Source of the DNA: Acidobacteriota bacterium
Lineage (GTDB): Bacteria > Acidobacteriota > UBA6911 > RPQK01 > JAJDTT01
Assembly: GCA_965263035.1 (NCBI GenBank)
Contig: OZ253580.1
Coordinates: 2,368,001-2,432,000 of the forward strand
Length of the DNA: 64,000 nucleotides
Direction: 5' to 3'
The translations under genes and the position numbers were made by a program. This document shows, piece after piece, positions 9,490 through 19,804 of the stretch. The first letter of the stretch is position 1; every line of letters begins with the position of its first letter. The notes beneath the pieces are model-generated. The model was given only the letters and a program-made list of their open reading frames with translations, was not told where the DNA came from and did no database searches.

Positions 9490-10493
9490 ATGGGGCGACC
9501 GGTCACTTTGTTTACAGGACAATGGGCGGACCTGGATTTCGACACCATGTGCCGGAAGGCCAAGGAGTTCGGTTACGACGGTCTGGAACTGGCCTGCTGG
9601 GGAGATCACTTCGAGATCAACCGGGCGCTGGAAGAGGACGCCTACTGCCGGAATCACCGGGAGACGCTGAACCGGTATGGACTCCAGTGCCACGCCATCA
9701 GCAATCATCTGGTGGACAGGCGGTCTGTGACAACATCGACGACCGGCACCAGGCCATCCTGCCCCCGTCGGTCTGGGGAGACGGCGACCCGGAGGGGGTT
9801 CGGGAAAGGGCTGCCCGGGAGATGGAGAACGCGGCCCGGGCCGCGGCCGAGTTCGGGGTCAAGATCGTCAACGGGTTTACGGGCAGCGGCATCTGGCACC
9901 TCCTCTACTCCTTTCCCCCCGTGGACCCTGCGACCATCGAGCAGGGCTTTCAGGACATGGCCCGCCGCTGGCTGCCCATCCTCCAGGTGTTCCAGGACTC
10001 CGGCGTGCGGTTCGCGCTGGAAGTGCATCCCACCGAGATCGCCTTCGACATCTCCAGCGCCGAGAGAACCTTGGACGCCGTCGGCGGTCACAAATCTTTT
10101 GGCTTCAACTTCGATCCCAGCCACTTGGGCTACCAGGGAGTCGACTATGTGGGATTCATCCGGACTTTCCGGGACCGGATCTTCCACGTCCACATGAAGG
10201 ACGCCTACTGGTCGCCGGTGCCGGCCCGGGCCGGTGTGTTCGGCGGGCATCTCCCCTTCGGACACCCGGACCGATGCTGGGACTTCCGGTCCCTGGGCCG
10301 GGGCAGCGTCCGTTTCGAAGAGGTGATCCGGGCCCTGAACGATATCGGCTACGACGGCCCGCTCTCGGTGGAATGGGAAGACCCGGGCATGGACCGGGAG
10401 CATGGAGCCACCGAGTCCGCCGCATTCGTCCGAGCCATCGACTTCAAGCCCTCCGGCGTGGCTTTCGACGCCGCCTTTTCCAAGGAGGACTGA
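9490..10493 (+). pseudogene. Sugar phosphate isomerase/epimerase (xylose-isomerase-like TIM barrel) with a single-base frameshift
   Basis: [15 protein letters not shown]...AISNHLV in one frame and GQAVCD...[27 protein letters not shown] in another; junction CTGGTGGACAG at ~9709-9719 lacks one G. Confidence 0.8.
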
Positions 10494-10543
10494 CCCCCTC
10501 TGGTCCCGGGGCCGAGACCCTGGCCAACCGAACCCGCCAGCCC

Positions 10544-11755
10544 ATGAACCGGCTCCTGCTTCTCCTGGTCCTCAACGTCACCCTGCTGCAGGCTGAGGAA
10601 TGGCCCCAATTTCGAGGTCCGGACGGACAGGGTCATTCCAGCCAAGAGAAACTGCCCCTGAACTGGTCCGAGACCGAGAATGTCCGCTGGAAAGTTCCGG
10701 TCCCCGGTTCCGGCTGGTCTTCCCCGGTGGTTCAGGCCGGCCGGATCTGGCTCACTTCCGCTCGGGATGAGGGACGGTCCCTTCGAGCCGTCTGCCTGGA
10801 CCTGGAGACCGGCAAGCTGCTTCACGACCTGGAGGTCTTCCGGCGGGAGAATCCGGGAAGCATCAACTCCAAGAACAGCTATGCGTCTCCCACCGCCTTG
10901 CTGGAAGGGGAACGGGTGTTCGTCCACTACGGCGCCAACGGCACAGCCGCGGTTTCGACCGACGGGAAGGTACTGTGGCGCAACCGGCTCCAGTACCAGC
11001 ATGGACACGGACCGGGAGGCTCCCCGGTGCTCTTCGAAGACCTGCTCATCGTCGCCTGCGACGGGACCGACGTTCAGTACCTGGCCGCGCTGGACAAGGA
11101 AGACGGTCAAATCCGCTGGAAGAGCGAGCGCCAGGGATACATGGCCTATTCCACCCCCTTGATCATCCAGGTGGGAGGCCAGGCCCAACTGGTCAGTCCG
11201 GGCGGACGCCAAGTCGGAGCCTACGCCCCCCGGAGCGGAGAGACGCTCTGGTGGATCACCCATGACGGGTTCTCAGGAGTCCCCCGCCCCGTCTTCGGGC
11301 ATGATCTGGTCTTCGTCATCTCCGGGTACAACCGTCCCGTCCTCTACGCCGTCCGCCCCGGGGGCAACGGAGACGTCACCGAGAGCCATACCGCCTGGAA
11401 GCTTTCCCGGGGAGCTCCCCTGAACCCGTCGCCGATCCTGGTGGGAGACGAACTCTACCTGGTCAGCGACGTGGGAGTGGCGACCTGCCTGGACGCCAAG
11501 ACCGGAAAGGTGCACTGGACGCAACGTCTGAGAGGACAGTTCTCCGCCTCTCCCCTCTACGGCGCCGAACGAATCTACTTCCTCAACGAGACGGGAGAAG
11601 CCTTCGTGGTCGCTCCCAGGACCGCCTTTCGGGAACTGGCGAGAAATCAGGTCGAGGGCCGGACCCTGGCCTCCATGGCGGTTGCGGGTGAGACGCTGCT
11701 GCTGAGAACCGACACCCACCTGTATCGGATCGAACAGACTTCGGAAGAGTATTAG
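10544..11755 (+). CDS. PQQ-binding-like beta-propeller protein (BamB-like)
   Basis: Signal peptide then WPQFRGPDGQG, NVRWK, GWSSPVV, YSTP, FSASP repeats. Confidence 0.85.
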   Translation: MNRLLLLLVLNVTLLQAEEWPQFRGPDGQGHSSQEKLPLNWSETENVRWKVPVPGSGWSSPVVQAGRIWLTSARDEGRSLRAVCLDLETGKLLHDLEVFRRENPGSINSKNSYASPTALLEGERVFVHYGANGTAAVSTDGKVLWRNRLQYQHGHGPGGSPVLFEDLLIVACDGTDVQYLAALDKEDGQIRWKSERQGYMAYSTPLIIQVGGQAQLVSPGGRQVGAYAPRSGETLWWITHDGFSGVPRPVFGHDLVFVISGYNRPVLYAVRPGGNGDVTESHTAWKLSRGAPLNPSPILVGDELYLVSDVGVATCLDAKTGKVHWTQRLRGQFSASPLYGAERIYFLNETGEAFVVAPRTAFRELARNQVEGRTLASMAVAGETLLLRTDTHLYRIEQTSEEY

Positions 11756-11760
11756 TCCCT

Positions 11761-11890
11761 GGAGCGGCGGTTTCCAGCCGCCGTGGAGAGGCGGTTTCCA
11801 ACCGCCGACTCGCGCGGAGCGGGGTTTAGGGCGATGGAAATCGCCCTCCGAGTTGCCAATTCCAAGAGGGCGATTGGAAATCGCCCCTCC
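11761..11890. repeat. Cluster of four REP-like palindromes
   Basis: GGAGCGGCGGTTTCCAGCCGCC, GGAGAGGCGGTTTCCAACCGCC, GGGCGATGGAAATCGCCCTCC, GGGCGATTGGAAATCGCCCCTCC between convergent genes. Confidence 0.8.
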
Positions 11891-14725
11891 TCACCGCGCC
11901 TGCAGCTCGACTGCCGAAAGGATCGGCCAGACGCCGCCGGCCGGAGAGGTGAAGACGGCCCGGTACTGGGCCCAGCGGCGGGTTCCGTCCAGGCCCGCGA
12001 TCTCGCTCCCTGAAATCCGGTAGAAGGAACCGGTGCCGGAGGGTCCGGTCCAGTCGGCGGACTCCAGGCCGTCGCGGCTGGAAGCGGTCCGGATCTGGAA
12101 TTGGAGACGGGCGCCGTGGGGCTCCTCACCTTCCCAGACCAGGCGGACGCCGCCGGACCCGGGCAACTCCAGGGGCGGAGAGACGTACTTCTCCTCCAAA
12201 CGCCGCGTGTAGAGGTCCCCCGGATCGGTCATCTGGCTGTAGTGGGGACCGAAGCTGGGGATCTCGGTCTTCCGGTCCCGGTGGAATCCTTCCGGACCGT
12301 TCCAGTAGATGTAGGTGTTGATGCTGTGATCACCGTCCTTCATGTGATTGTGGACCACGATCTCGGGATAGCCGTCCCGGTTCAGGTCCACCGTCTGGAT
12401 GGCGGAGGAAGAATAGGCGGGAAGATCGGTCCGGTTGGTCCGGCTGTAGGTGCCCCCCTCGCCGCCCCAGTAGATGAACACCGGCAGGGTGCGGGTGCGG
12501 CCGGACATGTAGTTGGACATCACCAGGTCCAGGTGTCCGTCCCGGTTCAGGTCGGCGATGCCGCACTCGATGGGCGAGTGACCCTCCAGTTCCACCTTGC
12601 CCTCCAGAGTGGGCACCCCTTCGGGGGTCCCCCAGAGTAGGTAGCTGTTGCCGGTATATTTCCGGGTCTCGGGATCGAAACTTCCCACCAGCATGAAATC
12701 CAGGTTCCCGTCCGAGTTCAGGTCGGCCAACTCCACGTTGCCGGCAGGCAGGACCCGGCTCCAGCTCCGCTCCGGCGAGTAGCCGTCCCGGTCCCCCCAG
12801 AAGATCTGGTAGATACCGTACCAGCTTCCGGGAAAGAGCAGATCCAGATGGCCGTCGTGATTCAGATCCGCCACCCGGTTGTTGCTGCACCTCTGGTTCT
12901 TCAGTGGGAGCGAGGTCCGGCGGGCGTCGGCGTAGCCCTCTTCCCCTCCCCAGTAGATGGTCCCCAGCTTCTGACCCCGTCCATGGGTGAAGACCAACTC
13001 CAGGAAACCGTCCCGGTTCAGGTCGGCCGCGCTCACCCCATGAGCGTTGGCGACGGCCAACTCCTGCCGGTTCCCGGGGGAGTAACCCTCCGGGCTTCCC
13101 CAGTAGACCCAGCTGTATTCGGCATAGGAGTTGGTCAGGACCAGATCGTTGAAACCGTCGTCGTCGAGGTCAGCCACGGCGACGGCATAGGCTCCGAGTC
13201 CCGGCAGGGCCGTCCGGGAGGCGGTGGAATAGTAGTGATGGGGGTTGCCCCAGTAGATGTTGTTCAAGACCTTGCCGGGGTGGGTGCCGCTCCACCGATT
13301 CACCAACACCACCTCCAGGTGGCCGTCCTGGTTCAGGTCGGCCACGTTGACGCTGTTGCCGCCGAACCCCTGCAGGTCGGTCCGCATGTAGGGCGCGAAC
13401 CCGGTGGGGCTTCCCCAGTAGACGTAGGAGGGCACGTCGACGGTCGTGCCGTCGTGGGAGTTGGCGAAGACCAGGTCGGGATGGCCGTCCTGGTTCAGGT
13501 CGCCCGAGGCCACGTCGGCCGGGGCCAGAGTCGGAAGCTGCGACCGCCGTTGCACCGAAAAGCCCTCGGGTCCGCCCCAGTAGACGTAGGACTCGGGTAG
13601 CGGCTCCTGGTTCGAGGAGTTGGACACGGCCAGATCCAGGTATCCGTTTCCGTCCAGATCGGCAATCTCGGAGCCGGTGGGAGCGATGGCCGGAAGGGTC
13701 TGGCTGCGGGACGGAACCGGTCCGTCCTTCCCACCGAAGAACAGGAGGAGGCTGCCGTCCTGGGCTCCCTCGCCCGAAGTGGTGACCACGACGTCGTCGT
13801 ATCCGTCGCGGTCCAGATCCCCGGATCCGACGCTGCCGGGAGCAGCCGTTTCCGTTGCCCAGGACCGGTCCGCCGTGTAGACGCCCTTCCGGCCCAGAAA
13901 GACCTGGACCCCCTTGGCCTGGGGGCTGTTGTTGACGAAGATCAGGTCGGGGTCCCCGTCCCCGTTCACGTCGCCGCTGGCCACGTCCCGGGCGCCGCGG
14001 GTGGCGACCAGTCCCGGACGGTCGGGATCGAAGCCGTTGGCGCTGCCCCAGTAGATGTAGGAGGAGAGGTCCACCTTGGGCGAGATCTTCTCCGCTCCCG
14101 CCTCCACCCCCTGATTGGCGAAGACCAGGTCCGGATACCCGTCGGAGTTCAAATCGCGGGCCACCACACCCGCCGCCCACCGAGTGGGCAGTTCGGTGCG
14201 TCCAACGCGAGAATATCCGTCCCGGCTCCCCCAGTAGACGTAAGCCGTGCGGACGCCCGGGTAGTTGTGGATGTAGTTGCAGAAGACCAGATCGGGGAAT
14301 CCGTCCCGGTTCAGATCCGCAACCGCCGACCGGCCGCCGCCGAAGGAGGGGAGCCGAGTGACCTGATCGCTCCCGTCCATCAAGCCGTAGACCACCTGCG
14401 CCAGAGGCCGTTCTCTCCAGAGTTCCGGAAGCAGGGAGCGAGGACCCTCCGGGCTGCCCCAGTAGACCAGAGCGTCCACGACGCTCATGTTGTCGTGGGT
14501 GTTGCTCAGGACCAGGTCCACGTATCCGTCCCGGTTCAAATCCCACTGATTGATGACCTGGACGGTCCCCTTTTTGGAAACGTAGAGGTTCGCGCCTGCG
14601 TTCCCCAAGGTCCCCTCGCTGAAATCCTCGAAATCAGCATGCCGGATGTTGCCGTCTTTGGGGTAAGACACACCCATGAACCCCAACCAAAGCACTCCCA
14701 ACACTGCAAGCCGTCGTTTCAGCAT
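11891..14725 (-). CDS. Secreted FG-GAP/VCBS repeat protein
   Basis: About 14 DLNxDGxxDLV Ca-binding repeats, each followed by YxYWG; signal peptide. Confidence 0.9.
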   Translation of the reverse strand: MLKRRLAVLGVLWLGFMGVSYPKDGNIRHADFEDFSEGTLGNAGANLYVSKKGTVQVINQWDLNRDGYVDLVLSNTHDNMSVVDALVYWGSPEGPRSLLPELWRERPLAQVVYGLMDGSDQVTRLPSFGGGRSAVADLNRDGFPDLVFCNYIHNYPGVRTAYVYWGSRDGYSRVGRTELPTRWAAGVVARDLNSDGYPDLVFANQGVEAGAEKISPKVDLSSYIYWGSANGFDPDRPGLVATRGARDVASGDVNGDGDPDLIFVNNSPQAKGVQVFLGRKGVYTADRSWATETAAPGSVGSGDLDRDGYDDVVVTTSGEGAQDGSLLLFFGGKDGPVPSRSQTLPAIAPTGSEIADLDGNGYLDLAVSNSSNQEPLPESYVYWGGPEGFSVQRRSQLPTLAPADVASGDLNQDGHPDLVFANSHDGTTVDVPSYVYWGSPTGFAPYMRTDLQGFGGNSVNVADLNQDGHLEVVLVNRWSGTHPGKVLNNIYWGNPHHYYSTASRTALPGLGAYAVAVADLDDDGFNDLVLTNSYAEYSWVYWGSPEGYSPGNRQELAVANAHGVSAADLNRDGFLELVFTHGRGQKLGTIYWGGEEGYADARRTSLPLKNQRCSNNRVADLNHDGHLDLLFPGSWYGIYQIFWGDRDGYSPERSWSRVLPAGNVELADLNSDGNLDFMLVGSFDPETRKYTGNSYLLWGTPEGVPTLEGKVELEGHSPIECGIADLNRDGHLDLVMSNYMSGRTRTLPVFIYWGGEGGTYSRTNRTDLPAYSSSAIQTVDLNRDGYPEIVVHNHMKDGDHSINTYIYWNGPEGFHRDRKTEIPSFGPHYSQMTDPGDLYTRRLEEKYVSPPLELPGSGGVRLVWEGEEPHGARLQFQIRTASSRDGLESADWTGPSGTGSFYRISGSEIAGLDGTRRWAQYRAVFTSPAGGVWPILSAVELQAR

Positions 14726-14744
14726 GTCGATCTCCGCCTCTCTG

Positions 14745-15335
14745 CTATTTCCTGGCCAGGTCCGCGATGAAGCAACCCACGGCCCGGGTTTCCGGTTCCG
14801 CGACCGGTTCCCCTTGAAGCACGGATTCCAGGGCCAGCTTCAGATCGCGGCGATTGGGTTGGGCTCTGGCCTTTCCGAAATCGGGATACCGGTCGTCGAT
14901 GCGTCCCCGGTAGACGAGTCGTCCATCGGAGTCGAAGACGGCCGCTTCCGGAGTGACCCGGGCGCCGGTGAGGCGGACCAGATCGTGGTGGGAATCACGA
15001 AGGATCTCGCCCGGAACTTGATATTCCTCCGCGTGCCGCTCGATGGACTCGGCCGCTTCCTGCGGATCCACGTAGACCAGCCAGAATCGCACCCCTCGGG
15101 GCGAGAACGTCTCATGCAGCCGCCGCAGTTCGGGTGCATACCGATTGGCGATGGGACAGTCGCTGCGCATGAAGAGGAAGACGCTGGCCGGGTCGCTGGC
15201 CGCGAGCGGGTCCACGCGCTCCCCCGAAAGGTTCACCAGGTTCAATCCCGAGGGGCTCGAACCGCAGCCCCAAAAGATCAATAGGCTCAGGGCCCAGGCC
15301 GGTACGGGAGACCGGCAGCGTCCGAGGAACTTCAC
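14745..15335 (-). CDS. Redoxin (AhpC/TSA-like) lipoprotein
   Basis: Lipobox FWGC; DCPIANRYAPEL, TPEAAVF, YRGRIDD, AVGC motifs. Confidence 0.85.
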   Translation of the reverse strand: MKFLGRCRSPVPAWALSLLIFWGCGSSPSGLNLVNLSGERVDPLAASDPASVFLFMRSDCPIANRYAPELRRLHETFSPRGVRFWLVYVDPQEAAESIERHAEEYQVPGEILRDSHHDLVRLTGARVTPEAAVFDSDGRLVYRGRIDDRYPDFGKARAQPNRRDLKLALESVLQGEPVAEPETRAVGCFIADLARK

Positions 15336-15372
15336 GCCTTAATTTTTACATTATGCGCCCCCGGACGCGAAC

Positions 15373-15590
15373 AGGAAGCAAGGAGCAAAGAGGAAAGAGC
15401 AAAGAGGAAAGCGAGAAGAGTGAAGAAAGGCGCGTAGTTTACGCGTAGCGGGCACCTCTACCGAAAACGATCTGGTTAAGGATTCTGGAGCCAGATTGGT
15501 TCGAAGGCTTGTTTCTTTTATGAATCCTCCGGAGCCCAGCCGGTGAGGGAGCTTTCCTCTTTCCTCTTTCCTCTTTCCTCTTTCCTCATC
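15373..15590 (+). repeat. Unclassified element B, copy 1: ~130-bp core flanked by inverted heptamer arms
   Basis: Core 15429-15552 nearly identical to the reverse complement of 40849-40962 and similar to 56354-56472; (AGGAAAG)n-like arm on the left, (CTTTCCT)n arm on the right. Confidence 0.8.
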
Positions 15591-15607
15591 TTGCTAGACT
15601 GGCAGAG

Positions 15608-17227
15608 ATGATCGCGACGATGCTGCTTCTTCTCTCGGGCGGCGTTCACTTCGCGGAGGTGAGCCGTGAGGCGGGGCTGAACTTTCGGCACCGGGGCGGC
15701 GGCAGCGCCAAGGACCATATCTTGGAGACCGTGGGCAGCGGCGTCGGTTGGATCGACTTCGACCAGGACGGCTGGCTCGATCTGTATTCCGTCAACGGCG
15801 GCCTCTGGGAGGAGCTGGGAAGCGGGAAGCGCAGCATCTCCAACGCTCTCTACCGCAACCAGAGGGACGGCAGTTTCCGTCTGGTGACGCCCGAGGCGGG
15901 CGTGGAGGGGCGCCATTGGGGCATGGGAGTGACCGTCGCCGACTACGACAACGACGGTTGGCCCGATCTCTACGTCTGCAACTACGGGCCCAACGTCCTG
16001 TACCGGAACAACGGCGACGGCACCTTCCGGGACGTGACCCGGGAAGCGGGGGTGGGAGATCCGTCCTGGAGCTCCAGTGCCGCCTTCGCCGACGCGAACG
16101 GGGACGGGTGGCTGGACCTGTACGTGGCCAACTACGTGGAATTCGACCACGAGAAACCGCCGGCCCCATCTCCCGACTGTCAATACCGGGGGGTCCAGGT
16201 CCACTGCGGGCCGGTGGGTCTTCCGGCGGCCCGGGACAGCTTCTACCTGAGCAACGGAGACGGCACTTTCCGGCCGGCTACCGAAGCGGCCGGAATGGAT
16301 GCACCGGCCTCCTACGGGATGGGTGCGGTCTGGTGCGACTACGACGGGGACGGCGACAGCGATCTCTACGTGGCCAACGATTCCATGGCCAACTTCCTCT
16401 TCCGGAACCGGGGGGACGGAACCTTCGAAGAGTGGGGACTGGCGTCCGCCGTGGCCTTCAACGAGGACGGACAAGCCCAGGCCGGCATGGGGGTGACCGT
16501 CGGCGACTACGACCGGGACGGACGCTTCGACCTGTACGTGACCAATTTCTCGGCGGACTACAACACCCTGTACCGGAACCTGGGAGGGGACCTCTTCCGG
16601 GACGTGACCCGTGCCACCGGATTGAGCCTGCCCAGTCTTCGCTTCCTGGGGTGGAGCACCCACTTCTTCGACTACGACAACGACGGCTGGGAGGACCTCT
16701 TCGTGGCCAACGGGCACGTCTTCCCGCAGGTGGACACACGGCCCGTGGGGACCCGCTTCCGGCAGCGGAGCCTCCTCTTCCGGAATCTGGGCAACGGCCG
16801 CTTCCGGGAGCTGGCCTCGGACGGGGCACTGGGGCTCTCCCAGGCTTATTCCAGCCGCGGGGCCGCATTTGCCGATTTCGACAACGACGGGGACGTGGAC
16901 GTGGTCGTCTCCAACATGGACGGAGGGCTTTCTCTCTACCGCAACGACGGAAGCAAGGGGCATTGGCTGCGCTTGCGGCTGGAGGGGAAGGAGTCGAACC
17001 GGGGAGCCGTGGGAACCCGGGTTACGCTCACCGCCGGGGGCGGCACCCAGATCCGGGAGGTGCGAGCCGGCTCGGGCTACCAGTCGTCGGACGACCCGCG
17101 GCTTCACTTCGGGTTGGGCGCGACGACCGAGGTCCAGCGGGTCGAGGTGCGTTGGAGCCGGGGACGGCGGCAGGTTTTGGAGAATCTGACGGCGGATCGG
17201 GAATACGTGGTCAAGGAGGGGGAATGA
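15608..17227 (+). CDS. CRTAC1 family (FG-GAP + ASPIC/UnbV) protein
   Basis: DYDNDGWPDL repeats, N.LYRNNGDGTF, C-terminal SNRGAVGTRV..GSGYQS..LHFGLG. Confidence 0.9.
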   Translation: MIATMLLLLSGGVHFAEVSREAGLNFRHRGGGSAKDHILETVGSGVGWIDFDQDGWLDLYSVNGGLWEELGSGKRSISNALYRNQRDGSFRLVTPEAGVEGRHWGMGVTVADYDNDGWPDLYVCNYGPNVLYRNNGDGTFRDVTREAGVGDPSWSSSAAFADANGDGWLDLYVANYVEFDHEKPPAPSPDCQYRGVQVHCGPVGLPAARDSFYLSNGDGTFRPATEAAGMDAPASYGMGAVWCDYDGDGDSDLYVANDSMANFLFRNRGDGTFEEWGLASAVAFNEDGQAQAGMGVTVGDYDRDGRFDLYVTNFSADYNTLYRNLGGDLFRDVTRATGLSLPSLRFLGWSTHFFDYDNDGWEDLFVANGHVFPQVDTRPVGTRFRQRSLLFRNLGNGRFRELASDGALGLSQAYSSRGAAFADFDNDGDVDVVVSNMDGGLSLYRNDGSKGHWLRLRLEGKESNRGAVGTRVTLTAGGGTQIREVRAGSGYQSSDDPRLHFGLGATTEVQRVEVRWSRGRRQVLENLTADREYVVKEGE

Positions 17228-17321
17228 CTCCTTCGGAGGAGTCTTAAATTGAAGAATGGGGGACAAGGATGTCCCCCCTCCCGGCGTGGCGACTTTCACC
17301 GGGGACTGCTAACCTTTTGTC

Positions 17322-18434
17322 ATGAGACTTGACGAGAATTCCGGCCGGATCAGCCGGCGCAGGTGGTTCGGGTACGCCTCCGCGTTGTTGCTGACGCGAT
17401 CGGTCCGGGGCCAGGCCCAATCGACTCAGGGCACTCCGCTGGAGGACGATCGAGTCTCTTTGAGCTCCATGGCGGACGTGGAGGGAACGCTGACGCCCAC
17501 CGACCGGTTCTTCGTCCGGAGCCACCATTCACAGCCCCGCTTGTCACTGAAGACCTGGCGGCTGCGGGTGGAAGGAGCCGTTGCCAACCCACTGGAGTTG
17601 TCCTTCCCGGACCTGGTGGAGACCTCCACCAAGTCTCTGGAGGGGCTCCTGGAATGCGCGGGAAACCGGACAGGCCTGGTGAGCAACGGTCTCTGGGAGG
17701 GGGTCCCCCTCTCCGACCTGATCCGGCAGGCCCAGCCCAAGGAGGGGGCCAAGAGGGTCCTGCTCCAGGGAGCGGACAAGGGGTCCCTGATGCCCGACAT
17801 GCCCGAGTCTCCCTACTCCCGGATCCTGCCTCTGGAGAAATGCCTGGCTCCCGAGACCCTGGTGGCCTTCAAGCTCAACGGGCAGTTCCTGCCCCGGCGC
17901 AACGGCTTTCCGGCCCGGGCCTTCATTCCGGGCTGGTACGGCATGGACTCGGTCAAATGGTTGATGCGGGTCCGCGTCCTGGACGGCTTCGACTGGCCTC
18001 CGGACTACTATTCCAGCGGCATGGACCTGCTCTACCAGAGGTACGTCAAGTTGGGGACCCGGGAAGAGATCACCGGCCGGGTCTCGGAGATCCAGGTGAA
18101 TTCAGGGTTCTCGTTTCCGCCCCCGGGGGCCAACCTGGCGCCCGGCCGTTACCCGGTGCGGGGTTTCGCCTGGGCCGGTCCCCACCGGGTGGGGGCCGTC
18201 GAGGTCAGTTCGGACCGGGGCAGAAGCTGGAGCCCGGCCCGGCTGGAGGGCGAATCCCGCCCCTTTACCTGGGTCCGGTGGAGCTATGACTGGACGGCGC
18301 CCAAGGGAGAACATCTGCTGCTGGCCCGGGCCCGGGACCACCAGGGACGCCGGCAGCCGATTCGCCGGGACACCAACAGAACCGACGGGTACGAACTCAA
18401 CTGGTACCCCTCCGTCCAATGCAACGTGCTCTGA
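17322..18434 (+). CDS. Tat-exported sulfite-oxidase-family molybdoenzyme
   Basis: SRRRWF signal; FFVRSH, LECAGN (Mo-ligand Cys), NGFPAR..PGWYG..SVKWL, dimerisation domain VEVSSDRGRSW. Confidence 0.85.
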   Translation: MRLDENSGRISRRRWFGYASALLLTRSVRGQAQSTQGTPLEDDRVSLSSMADVEGTLTPTDRFFVRSHHSQPRLSLKTWRLRVEGAVANPLELSFPDLVETSTKSLEGLLECAGNRTGLVSNGLWEGVPLSDLIRQAQPKEGAKRVLLQGADKGSLMPDMPESPYSRILPLEKCLAPETLVAFKLNGQFLPRRNGFPARAFIPGWYGMDSVKWLMRVRVLDGFDWPPDYYSSGMDLLYQRYVKLGTREEITGRVSEIQVNSGFSFPPPGANLAPGRYPVRGFAWAGPHRVGAVEVSSDRGRSWSPARLEGESRPFTWVRWSYDWTAPKGEHLLLARARDHQGRRQPIRRDTNRTDGYELNWYPSVQCNVL

Positions 18435-19804
18435 TCCTCATCGCGGCGGCCCTTGCCGTTGGAATCCCGTCACTCTGTCCGGCGGCGCTTCTCGCGTCGG
18501 CACCGGCGCCTGTCCAGGACGCTCCCCTCCTCTCCGACCTGGAGGGCCCCCAGAGCCGTCACGCCCTGGCACGATTGCAACAGTTCTTCCGGACCCTGTC
18601 CGACGCGAAGGTACCCGCCGTCCTGCACGAAGTGCTGTCGGAAACGACGGTCGCGGCGGCGCACGCCATGATCCTGGAGGAGCACCACCGCCGAAAGCTC
18701 CACGCCCAGGGCCGGGCGACCTTGGAGGCGCTGAGCAAGGAGCACCCGACGCGGGCCATCTATGCGATAGACCTGGTGCAGTTGGCGGTCCTGGAAGGAG
18801 ATCCGGAGAGAGCCAAGACGGACCTGCGGTCGGCCGCGGCCCGTTTCCCCCATGACACCGAGCTGCACGCCAGCCTGGGGCTCTGGTTGTACGGCCGGCA
18901 GTTGACCGATCTTGCCCTGGCCGAACTGCTCCGTGCCCAACGGTCCGGCTTGAACGACCCGCAGACGAACCTGGTCCTGGCCAGCCTTCTGGCCCGCGCC
19001 GGAGCGTTGGAGGACGCCATCGACACCGCCGGTTCCATCGCCTTCACACCCGGCCTGGATCCGGTAATCCGGGGAGAAGCGGCGGCTCTGGCCGGCAAGA
19101 GCCACGCCATTCTGCGCAACGAGGCCAAGGCGGTGGAGTTTCTGGAGCGGGCCATCCAACTTTCTCCCCAGGTCGAGGACTACTACCTCTCCATGGCCAG
19201 CGCTCACCAGCAAGCCGACAATCCGGCGGCGGCCGTCCAGGCACTGAGACGCGGGTGGGACCGGCTTCCCGGGGCGCCCGGGATCGGACAGGCCCTGAGC
19301 CGTCAGTTGCTGGCCGCCGGCGACGCCGAGGAAGCGGTCCGCGTGCTGGTGCTGTTGACCTCTCGGCAGCCGAACCACGGGGATGCGCTCCGTCTGCTGG
19401 CCCAGGCCTACCGGTCCGCGGGAGACGCGGCCAAGGCGTCCCAGACTTGGCGGAGACTGATCCGGCAGCAGCCCCGTTACCCCATGGCCAACATCTTCCT
19501 GGCCCAGGCCCTGGCCGAGGAGGGGGCTCCCCCCGGTCAGATCCTGGCCGCTCTGGACAGGGCGGAGCAGATCTCCCCCCAAGACGCGGACCTCTATTAC
19601 CTGAGGGGAAGGATCTTCAACTCCCTGGGACGCCATCAGGACGCCGTGGCCCAACTCCAACGGGCCATCCGGCTCCAACCCAACTTCTCGGGAGCCTACT
19701 ACCAACTGGGTCTGGCCTACCAACAGTTGGGGCAGCCGGAACTGGCCCAAGAGCAGTTCCGGCGCAGGTCCCACCTGGAGGAGGGGACGGGCCGGACCCG
19801 GTGA
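18419..19804 (+). CDS. Secreted TPR protein
   Basis: Signal peptide; repeated AIxLxP / AYYQLGLAY TPR motifs; overlaps the upstream gene end. Confidence 0.75.
   Translation: MQRALILIAAALAVGIPSLCPAALLASAPAPVQDAPLLSDLEGPQSRHALARLQQFFRTLSDAKVPAVLHEVLSETTVAAAHAMILEEHHRRKLHAQGRATLEALSKEHPTRAIYAIDLVQLAVLEGDPERAKTDLRSAAARFPHDTELHASLGLWLYGRQLTDLALAELLRAQRSGLNDPQTNLVLASLLARAGALEDAIDTAGSIAFTPGLDPVIRGEAAALAGKSHAILRNEAKAVEFLERAIQLSPQVEDYYLSMASAHQQADNPAAAVQALRRGWDRLPGAPGIGQALSRQLLAAGDAEEAVRVLVLLTSRQPNHGDALRLLAQAYRSAGDAAKASQTWRRLIRQQPRYPMANIFLAQALAEEGAPPGQILAALDRAEQISPQDADLYYLRGRIFNSLGRHQDAVAQLQRAIRLQPNFSGAYYQLGLAYQQLGQPELAQEQFRRRSHLEEGTGRTR

Noticed and set aside
11761-11890. Possible CRISPR array from repeated GGCGGTTTCCA.CCGCC units
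   Set aside because: Units vary in sequence and orientation, spacing is irregular and no cas genes are present; they fit REP palindromes.
15429-15552. Known self-cleaving ribozyme or riboswitch in element B
   Set aside because: I could not find hammerhead (CUGAUGA/GAAA), HDV-like or common riboswitch consensus on either strand; left as unclassified.
11891-17227. Internal DNA repeats in the FG-GAP and CRTAC1 genes as a diversity-generating system
   Set aside because: The repeats are ordinary protein-level Ca-binding blades; there is no reverse transcriptase or adenine-specific TR/VR pair.
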